A stretch of DNA of 64,000 bases, taken from the NCBI GenBank assembly GCA_016179945.1, contig JACPCE010000001.1, forward strand, positions 9,202 through 73,201, written 5' to 3'. Made by a program: the position numbers and the translations under genes. Every line of letters starts with the position of its first letter. Positions within the stretch are counted from its first letter, which is position 1. Below, one piece after another: positions 49,476 to 56,543 of this stretch. Source of the DNA: Candidatus Woesearchaeota archaeon. GTDB taxonomy: Archaea > Nanobdellota > Nanobdellia > SCGC-AAA011-G17 > GW2011-AR18. The notes beneath the pieces are model-generated. The model did not search any database. It worked only from the letters and a program-made list of their open reading frames with translations, and was not told the origin of the DNA.

Positions 49476-50087
49476 ATGAAACTAGAAGTCCCTTTTTATA
49501 TTCAAGGAATAAATGAATGTGGTCCTGCAGCATTACAAATGGCTTTAGAATTTCTAGGAGAAAAACACGAAAAGGAAGAAATAAAGAAACTAATTGAAAG
49601 TGAAAGTACTGGTGCAACATGGACTATAGGTCTAGCAAAAGCTTCTGCACAATTAGGATTCAAAACAGAATTTTATAGTAAATCTCTAGGATTCAATCCG
49701 GAAAACTTTGATTTGGAATATTACCAAAGGGAAACAGATGGAGCAGAAAATGTAGAAATAAAAATCAAAAAATTACAAGCAGAATGTATAAAATATAAAG
49801 TAGAAATGGAAGAGAGAGAAATTCCTCTAGATGAAATAATATCGAAAATAAATGAAAATTGCACTGCAATTGTTTTAATAGATTGGGGTAAAATAAAAAA
49901 CGTTGATAGATACATTGGACATTTCTTACCAATAGTGGGATTTGATGAAGAAAATATATACTTGCACCAGCCAGGTCCAAAAGATCCTGAAGCAAATTTC
50001 AAAATAAATAAATTTTTATTTGACACTGCAAGAAAATCAAAAGGAACAGATGAAGATATTATTTTTATTCATAGGAAAATGCACTAA
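49476..50087 (+). CDS. Papain-like C39-family peptidase
   Basis: VPFYIQ..ECGPAALQM (catalytic Cys), GHFLPIVGFD (His). Confidence 0.82.
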   Translation: MKLEVPFYIQGINECGPAALQMALEFLGEKHEKEEIKKLIESESTGATWTIGLAKASAQLGFKTEFYSKSLGFNPENFDLEYYQRETDGAENVEIKIKKLQAECIKYKVEMEEREIPLDEIISKINENCTAIVLIDWGKIKNVDRYIGHFLPIVGFDEENIYLHQPGPKDPEANFKINKFLFDTARKSKGTDEDIIFIHRKMH

Positions 50088-50190
50088 CTGGGATTTGAAC
50101 CCAGATCAAAACCTTTTTCCTTAAATTTATTCAAACTTTTTATAAAAAGTTTGTTGGGAAGGTTTCATGCTGCCGTTACACTATTAGTGC
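50080..50190 (-). tRNA. tRNA-Gly(CCC) with 40-nt canonical intron (50115-50154)
   Basis: GCACTAA/TTAGTGC acceptor, AAACC/GGTTT anticodon stem, BHB helix TTCC/GGAA. Confidence 0.93.
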
Positions 50191-50246
50191 ACAATACTTT
50201 AAATAATAATTAACTATTTAAACTTTTAATAAATTTTTCAAAATAT

Positions 50247-50359
50247 AGCCCGTTCGTCTAGCGGCCAAGGATAAAGTTAATTTAAAACTTCCTTTGAGGG
50301 GACTCTGGATGAATAAGAGAAATCCTCTGACGGAGGTTCAAATCCTCCACGGGCTACCA
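50247..50359 (+). tRNA. tRNA-Gln(CTG) with introns at 25/26 (50273-50296) and 37/38 (50309-50321); encoded CCA
   Basis: AGCCCGT/ACGGGCT acceptor, GGAGG-TTCAAAT-CCTCC T-arm, BHB helices AAGG/CCTT and CTCT/AGAG. Confidence 0.92.
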
Positions 50360-50393
50360 TAATATTTATATAAAACAACAAATTAATAAAATC

Positions 50394-50456
50394 ATGGCAA
50401 ACATAGCAAAAATAAAAATAAATAATTTCTTACTAGCTATGTCTATGATGTTTTAA
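50394..50456 (+). CDS. Putative metG leader peptide, 20 aa MANIAKIKINNFLLAMSMMF
   Basis: ATG 50394 about 22 nt after TTTATATA; three Met codons in the last five; tandem stops TAA TAG. Confidence 0.65.
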   Translation: MANIAKIKINNFLLAMSMMF

Positions 50457-50487
50457 TAGCCTTAATATTTTTTAGGAGGCAACTACA

Positions 50488-51726
50488 ATGAACAAACAAC
50501 AAATAGAAGAAGGAACTTTTATATATTCACAAGAACCAAAAGATTTTCAAAATTTTCGTAAACTTTCTGGACACGACACAAGGGAGCTACGCCAGATTTA
50601 TAAAGAAGAAAATAAATTAAATTATATGCAAAAAAAAGAAATACCAAAAGATAAATTAATAAAACTATATAAAAATAAAAATTTATCAAGCCGTGAAATT
50701 GGAAAGAGGTTAAATTGTGATCATAGTGTAATTTTAAAAAGACTTAAAGAGAATAATATAAAAATAAAAAATCGCAAGGAAAAAATAAATATCAAAAAAA
50801 CAAAATTATATAATCTTTATAATAAAGAAAAATTATCAATATATAAAATAGCAAAATTATGCTCTTGTAGTAGTACATGCATATTATGCAAATTAAGAGA
50901 GTTTAAAATAAAGACTAGAAAAAAGAAAGAAGTAAAGATAAGTAAAAAACAACTAAAAGATTATTATATAAAAGATAAAAAATCCCTGTCTGAAATAGCT
51001 AAAATAAAAAAATGTAGTGTTTCAACAATTCTTAAATTAATGAAAAAATTCAATATCAAAAGAAGAACTTTAAGTGAATCCATTATGAAATATAAAAAAA
51101 GAAATTTCGATGGTAAGAAAAATCTTAAAGCTTATATGACTGGCTTTAGAATAGGAGATTTAAACGTTACAAAGGAAAGCCATCAAATAAAATTAAAAAC
51201 AAACACAACAAAATTAGACCAAGTTCATTTGGTAAAAGAAAATTTCGGAAATTACGGACATTTCTATTTAAAAGAAAGAGGGGGTGAATATGAAATGTCT
51301 TGTTTATTAGACAAATCATTTAAATTTTTAATTAAAAAACATAAAAATATTCCGAAATGGATAATAAAAAACAATGAGTGTTTTATAAATTTTCTAGCAG
51401 GTTATACAGATGCTGAAGGAAATATTGGCATATATGATAAAAGAGCAAGATATAGGGTTGGATCTTACGATAAAGAAATATTATATGAAATTCATGAAAA
51501 ACTTCAAAGTATGAAAATAAATGGAACATTTATATTAGAAACACAAGCTGGAATTTATAAATATGGAAAATTGAATGGAGATTTCTGGAGAATAAATATA
51601 AGTAAAAAGGAAGAACTTTTAGCCTTAGTTAGAACTTTAAAACCGCATATTAAACATAGAAAAAGATATAATGATTTAATAGCAGCAGAAAATAATATTA
51701 TAGAGAGAATTGGAGCAATAGCATGA
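50488..51726 (+). CDS. Free-standing LAGLIDADG-type endonuclease with three N-terminal HTH repeats
   Basis: AYMTGFRIGD and FLAGYTDAEG motifs; repeats LY..K.LS..EIAK..CS; SD AGGAGG; stop overlaps the metG ATG. Confidence 0.85.
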   Translation: MNKQQIEEGTFIYSQEPKDFQNFRKLSGHDTRELRQIYKEENKLNYMQKKEIPKDKLIKLYKNKNLSSREIGKRLNCDHSVILKRLKENNIKIKNRKEKINIKKTKLYNLYNKEKLSIYKIAKLCSCSSTCILCKLREFKIKTRKKKEVKISKKQLKDYYIKDKKSLSEIAKIKKCSVSTILKLMKKFNIKRRTLSESIMKYKKRNFDGKKNLKAYMTGFRIGDLNVTKESHQIKLKTNTTKLDQVHLVKENFGNYGHFYLKERGGEYEMSCLLDKSFKFLIKKHKNIPKWIIKNNECFINFLAGYTDAEGNIGIYDKRARYRVGSYDKEILYEIHEKLQSMKINGTFILETQAGIYKYGKLNGDFWRINISKKEELLALVRTLKPHIKHRKRYNDLIAAENNIIERIGAIA

Positions 51727-53855
51727 AAAAAAAGAAGAAATTTTACATAACAACCCCGATATATTATGTTAATGATAAACCTTCTGTTGGAACAGCTTAT
51801 ACAACAGTAACTGCAGACATAATAGCAAGATGGCATAGATTAAAAGATGAAGATGTTTTCTATCTTACAGGATTAGATGAAAATGCACAAAAAACAGTAC
51901 AAGCTTCAATTAAATTAGGTTTTAAAGATATAAAAAAATTTACAGATTTTATGGCAGAAGAATATCTAAAAACTTGGAAAGCTTTAAACATAAGCAATGA
52001 TGATTTCATAAGAACAACAGAAGAAAGACATCATAAATTGGTAACTGAATTTGTAGAAAAAATAAAGAAAAAAGGAGATATTTACAAAGGAACTTATTCT
52101 GGTTTATATTGTGAAGGATGTGAAGCTTTTAAAACTGAAGATGATTTAGTAAATGGATTGTGTCTAGATCATTTAAAGGAACCAAAATACATAGAAGAAC
52201 AAAACTATTTCTTTAAGTTAAGTAAATACCAAGATAAAATTTCAAAACACATAAAAGAAAATCCAGATTTTATCCAACCAAATTCTAGAAGAAATGAAAT
52301 AATTAATTTCCTAAATAAAGGTTTAAAAGATCTCAGTATAACAAGACAAAGTATGAACTGGGGAATTCCATTCCCAGGAGATGAAAAAACGCACTTATAT
52401 GTCTGGTTTGATGCTTTGACAAATTACTTACATCCTAAAGAATATTGGCCTGCAAATATCCATTTAATGGGAAAAGATATAGTGAGGTTTCATGCCCTAA
52501 CTTGGATTGGTATGCTTCTATCTGCTAATTACAAATTACCAAAGAAAGTTTTTGCACATGGTTTCTTCACAGTAAATGGTCAAAAAATGAGTAAAACTTT
52601 AGGTAATATAATTGATCCAGTTTACCTAGTAAATAAATATGGAGTGGATGCTTTAAGATATTTCTACGCAAGAGAAATTCCATTTGGCAATGATGGAGAT
52701 TTCTCAGAAGAATCTTTAAAGACAAGACTAAACAATGAATTAGCAAATGAATTAGGAAATTTAGTATCAAGAACATTAGCAATAATAGAGAAAAAATTAA
52801 ATTCGGAAATAAGAAAAGATTCAACAGATAAAACATTATTTAAAAATTTAGATGTTAAAAAAATAGATAAGTTTATGGAAACTCTAGAGATACATAATGC
52901 TATAGCAGCAATTATGGGTTTTGTGCAAGATTGCAATTCTTATATAAATGATAATGCACCATGGCAGATAGAAGAAAAATCAAAACTAAATAAAATATTA
53001 TATAATTTAACAGATGCAATCAGAATAATTTCAATTTTAATATATCCGTTTATGCCTTCAACATCTGAAAAAATAAACAAGCAATTACAAATAGAAAAAA
53101 ATCAGACTTTAGAATACTGCAAGCCAGGATTGCTAAAAAACCTATTCATAAAAAAAGGAGATATATTATTTACAAAAGTTCTTACAAAAGAAGAAGAGCA
53201 ATATGAAGCAAAGTTTAATAACACAAAGTGTTATGTTGACCAAGATGTTGTAAAACTAGGAATTAAAGTTAAGTTTGCTGAGTTAATAGGATTAAATATA
53301 AAAAGAAAGCATATGGGCCTAGAAAAATTGAAAGATGAAATAGAACATAATTTCAAAGTAAATGAAAAAGTTCTAGAAGGTTATAATAGTTATTATAAAA
53401 AATTAGACATAAAAAATGGAAAATGTTCTGTTTATAATTTAATAGAACTAGTCCAAAAAGGCGGGAAACTTCCAACAATAAATACAGCAGTAGATTCTTA
53501 CAATTTAGTTTCACTTAAAAAATCTTTAGTTGTTGGTGCACATGACAGAGAAAAAATAAAAGGCAGTGTAAGGTTCAAGATTTTAAATGGAACAGAATTT
53601 TACATTCCATTATTCAAAACAGAAAGAGAAGAAGTAATTACAGGAGAATTTGGTTGTGTAGATGATGAAAAAGTTCTTTGCAGACTAGATATTAAACAAG
53701 GAGACCAGACCAAAGTAACTGAAGAAACTAAAAATCTAATTCTTTATGTACAAGGTAATGAATTTACTTCAGATCAATATTTAAATGAAGCATTGGAAGA
53801 AATATGTAATTTAATAATAAAATTCTGTGGTGGAGAATATAGAATGATAGAATGA
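51723..53855 (+). CDS. metG: Methionine--tRNA ligase with C-terminal B3/B4 domain
   Basis: FYITTPIYYVN, DFIRTT, YVWFDAL, GKDIVRFH, KMSKT; C-terminal LPTINTAVDSYN..VGAHD B3/4-like. Confidence 0.95.
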   Translation: MKKKKKFYITTPIYYVNDKPSVGTAYTTVTADIIARWHRLKDEDVFYLTGLDENAQKTVQASIKLGFKDIKKFTDFMAEEYLKTWKALNISNDDFIRTTEERHHKLVTEFVEKIKKKGDIYKGTYSGLYCEGCEAFKTEDDLVNGLCLDHLKEPKYIEEQNYFFKLSKYQDKISKHIKENPDFIQPNSRRNEIINFLNKGLKDLSITRQSMNWGIPFPGDEKTHLYVWFDALTNYLHPKEYWPANIHLMGKDIVRFHALTWIGMLLSANYKLPKKVFAHGFFTVNGQKMSKTLGNIIDPVYLVNKYGVDALRYFYAREIPFGNDGDFSEESLKTRLNNELANELGNLVSRTLAIIEKKLNSEIRKDSTDKTLFKNLDVKKIDKFMETLEIHNAIAAIMGFVQDCNSYINDNAPWQIEEKSKLNKILYNLTDAIRIISILIYPFMPSTSEKINKQLQIEKNQTLEYCKPGLLKNLFIKKGDILFTKVLTKEEEQYEAKFNNTKCYVDQDVVKLGIKVKFAELIGLNIKRKHMGLEKLKDEIEHNFKVNEKVLEGYNSYYKKLDIKNGKCSVYNLIELVQKGGKLPTINTAVDSYNLVSLKKSLVVGAHDREKIKGSVRFKILNGTEFYIPLFKTEREEVITGEFGCVDDEKVLCRLDIKQGDQTKVTEETKNLILYVQGNEFTSDQYLNEALEEICNLIIKFCGGEYRMIE

Positions 53856-54037
53856 AAGATGAATTAAAAATTATAATTAATATTTCTAAAGAAGCTGGAA
53901 AAATTCTAATGAAATATTATAAAAAGGAGCACACTAAAGAAATAAAAAATGATGATAAATATGACTTTGTTACAAATGTAGATAGAGAAGCAGATATTTA
54001 TATTGTAGAAAAAATAAATACTCTGCCTTTTATATAA
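53852..54037 (+). pseudogene. N-terminal fragment of inositol monophosphatase family gene
   Basis: KEAGKIL...DFVTNVDREAD matches the IMPase N-terminus; truncated after 61 aa. Confidence 0.65.
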
Positions 54038-54055
54038 AAATAAAAAAGAAGGGAC

Positions 54056-54283
54056 TTATTTCATCCCTTTAAATCCCCACCATAGCATTTTTAATGCACA
54101 TAAAAATACTAGCAAACCAAATGAATGCTCAAATGTAAACCATCCCTTTGGCCAGATCATCAATAGACCTAGAACCGCAGCAACTACACCCCATAATGCG
54201 CATACCCATCCAGAACCCATACACTTGCAAGGGTCAGAATGACACATAGGGCACATTCCCATTCCCATATCTTTTTTTGCCAT
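54056..54283 (-). CDS. Small Cys/Met-rich two-TM membrane protein
   Basis: MGMGMCPMCHSDPCKC then two TM helices; SD GGAGGTG. Confidence 0.7.
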   Translation of the reverse strand: MAKKDMGMGMCPMCHSDPCKCMGSGWVCALWGVVAAVLGLLMIWPKGWFTFEHSFGLLVFLCALKMLWWGFKGMK

Positions 54284-54389
54284 ATTAATAGCACCTCCAA
54301 TTTTATGAATAAATCCTGGAATTACTGGTTTAAAAGCCTTTCCATTAGGTTTAACATAAAATAAAATAATACACTAATTTATATAAAAA

Positions 54390-55022
54390 TTAATCTATAA
54401 ATTTTAAAATATCAACCAAATTATCAGTATCAACTACAAAATCAGCTGCCTTTTTTAAATTATCACTAAAGGCATTAAAAGCAATAGACCTTCCAACAAT
54501 TTTAAATGCTTCAATATCAGCATCACTGTCTCCTATATACACGACATCTTTCAAATTTACACCTAAGTCGCTAGCCAAATGTCTAACGATTTCAGCCTTC
54601 TTCTCTTTGCCAGCGCCTATTGGCCAGATAAATTCTCCACTAACTTTACCATTAGCAATAATTAGTTCATTGGCATAAATATGATCAATGCCATAGTCTC
54701 TCTGAACCCTTCTAGCCACATCAATACTAGAAGCGCTTATTATAGCAGTAATGACATCTTTCTTCTTGAGCTCTCTAAATACAGTGTCAACTCCATGGAT
54801 ATATTCTAGGCTATTAACTAATTCATAATAAGGTTTAGCATCCCTGCCTTTCCATAGCTTAACAACAACCTCTTCAACCAATTTATTATAATCTGAATGC
54901 AAATATTTCTCAGTTAATTTTTTACCTTCTTCTAAAGTTCCAAAAACTTTATGTAGTTCCATCCAGAAATTAATGTCTTTAAAAATTACACCATCCATAT
55001 CAAAACAAATTAATTTATACAT
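54390..55022 (-). CDS. HAD-superfamily phosphatase (SerB-like)
   Basis: FDMDGVI, IISAS, ANEL, YIGDSDAD. Confidence 0.88.
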   Translation of the reverse strand: MYKLICFDMDGVIFKDINFWMELHKVFGTLEEGKKLTEKYLHSDYNKLVEEVVVKLWKGRDAKPYYELVNSLEYIHGVDTVFRELKKKDVITAIISASSIDVARRVQRDYGIDHIYANELIIANGKVSGEFIWPIGAGKEKKAEIVRHLASDLGVNLKDVVYIGDSDADIEAFKIVGRSIAFNAFSDNLKKAADFVVDTDNLVDILKFID

Positions 55023-55103
55023 AAAATAAAAGAATTAATATTGCTTAAATTAGTTTCTAAAGAAATATATTTTATAAAATTAAATAAAAAAAGAAAACTA
55101 AAC

Positions 55104-55280
55104 CTAATGTTTAGCTCCGCCTACAGAGAATAATCCCCATAACAAAACATAAACTCCAACTACAGTCCAACCATTATACCAAGTTGGCGCAGATTTCCAT
55201 AATGCTGCTACCAAGAATAATACACCAAATACCAAATTCATAACAGCACACTTCTTACAAACGCTCATTCCGCATTCCAT
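55104..55280 (-). CDS. Small Cys-containing two-TM membrane protein, 58 aa (missing from ORF track)
   Basis: MECGMSVCKKCAVMNLVFGVLFLVAALW...WGLFSVGGAKH; SD GAGGTGA. Confidence 0.7.
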   Translation of the reverse strand: MECGMSVCKKCAVMNLVFGVLFLVAALWKSAPTWYNGWTVVGVYVLLWGLFSVGGAKH

Positions 55281-55348
55281 TATTTCATCACCTCATTTTT
55301 TATAAAACTTATATAGAATTCTATGTTTATAGAGATATATAAAATTAA

Positions 55349-55531
55349 TGGTGGGCCTGGCCTGATTTGAACAGGCGACCTTTATCGGAAACAATTAGTT
55401 TCTCTCGATTTCGAAACCCTATTAAGAGAGTTAGACTCTCAGTTCTCACCTCCGAAGAGAGAGAATAGGATATCAGTCGAATGAGCAAATCATAATGATT
55501 TTGTGCTCCAGCCAAGCTAAGCTACAGGCCC
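55349..55531 (-). tRNA. tRNA-Ile(GAT) with three introns: 27/28 (55481-55502), 37/38 (55410-55470), 43/44 (55382-55403); encoded CCA
   Basis: GGGCCTG/CAGGCCC acceptor; spliced anticodon arm CTCGA-CTGATAA-TCGAG; BHB helices GAGC/GCTC and ATCG/CGAT. Confidence 0.9.
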
Positions 55532-55557
55532 ATAAATTAAAGAGCTTAAAAGAATCT

Positions 55558-55850
55558 TTATAAAGATTTTGGGAGTGATTTATAGAAAGAATAAGGATCT
55601 AATTCTCCTTTAAGAATTAATTCTCTCTGTGGTAAATTAGTATAATGTGGACAAAAACCAAACTTTTTCCAAACTAAATATTTAGTTAAATGTTTTCTAG
55701 AATTGAAGCCTGTTAATTTCATCCATAATTCCAATTGTTCTTTACCTAAAATTTCCAATTGATTTGAAATATAATATTTATCATAACGCTTTTTGGAAAT
55801 TCATACAAAAAATTAACAGCAAAATTAAATTTTGCTGATAGATTTTCAGT
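55558..55850 (-). pseudogene. Degraded C-terminal remnant of a probable LAGLIDADG-type endonuclease gene
   Basis: ILGKEQLELWMKLTGFNSRKHLTKY..WKKFGFCP resembles LAGLIDADG C-termini; upstream frame broken. Confidence 0.45.
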
Positions 55851-55885
55851 TTGTATATAAAATATTTAAAAAAGAAAAATAAAAA

Positions 55886-56016
55886 CGCCTCAGGGCAGAC
55901 TCGAACTGCCGACCCCATGATCTCTGCTCAGAAAGTAACAGTTTCACAGGTCTTAAATAGAACACATGTGCTCTACCTGTTGCTCGCATTTTCAAAACGC
56001 TCTGAGCTACTGAGGC
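55886..56016 (-). tRNA. tRNA-Asn(GTT) with three introns: 15/16 (55980-56001), 30/31 (55943-55964), 37/38 (55922-55935)
   Basis: GCCTCAG/CTGAGGC acceptor, G73; spliced arm CATGA-CTGTTAA-TCATG; BHB helices GCTC/GAGC, CACA/TGTG, CTGT/GCAG. Confidence 0.9.
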
Positions 56017-56019
56017 GCC

Positions 56020-56290
56020 TAAGAACACTATTAAGTTCTTCAAAATCTGAAATTATAATCTCATCAAACATATTATAAAACTTTCTAAATTTCTTCGGAA
56101 TAAATAAAATCACACAATAGCCATTTTTTCTGTAATTTTCGACTTTGTTTTTTAAATTATTAAGTTTAATTGAAGATGGATTTTTCCATTCAGTAGATTC
56201 AATTATATTGTTTCCAATCTTAAAATCTGGAAAGTATATCTTTCCATCTATATTTAAATAAGGTTCATAATTAATTGTTGCAACTCACCT
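56020..56290 (-). pseudogene. Frameshifted PD-(D/E)XK-type nuclease remnant
   Basis: YEPYLNIDGKIYFPDFKIG / frameshift / NIIESTEWKNP...KVENYRKNGYCVILFIP running into tRNA-Asn. Confidence 0.55.
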
Positions 56291-56395
56291 TTCTTTAATT
56301 TAATAAACATATAAATAACAGAAATTTAGTATTTAAAAGCATTACTAAGCTAACGAGGCAATATATTTAATTTTTATAAAAACTTTCTAAAAAAA

Positions 56396-56466
56396 TGTCG
56401 CCCTGCTGATTCACTTGTATTCATATTTAGTTTAACACTAAAATCTACAAGCTTAACTACAGGGCT
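56396..56466 (-). ncRNA. tRNA-like hairpin / decayed tRNA with an internal BHB-like intron
   Basis: AGCCCTG-TA-GTTAAGCTTG start, GCCCTG/CAGGGC closing stem, no anticodon or T arm; TTTTAAC box upstream. Confidence 0.4.
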
Positions 56467-56543
56467 TAATCTATTAATACTAATTCTAGTTAAAAAGATT
56501 TCTAAATACAAAACAATTTATACTAATTAATATCAAAAATTAA

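Noticed and set aside
50488-51726. Intein or group I intron hosting the LAGLIDADG ORF
   Set aside because: No intein N- or C-terminal splice motifs, no interrupted host gene, no recognisable ribozyme core.
55846-56078. ORFs 55846-56043 (-) and 55851-56078 (+)
   Set aside because: They overlap the triple-intron tRNA-Asn; spurious, apart from the tail of the nuclease remnant.
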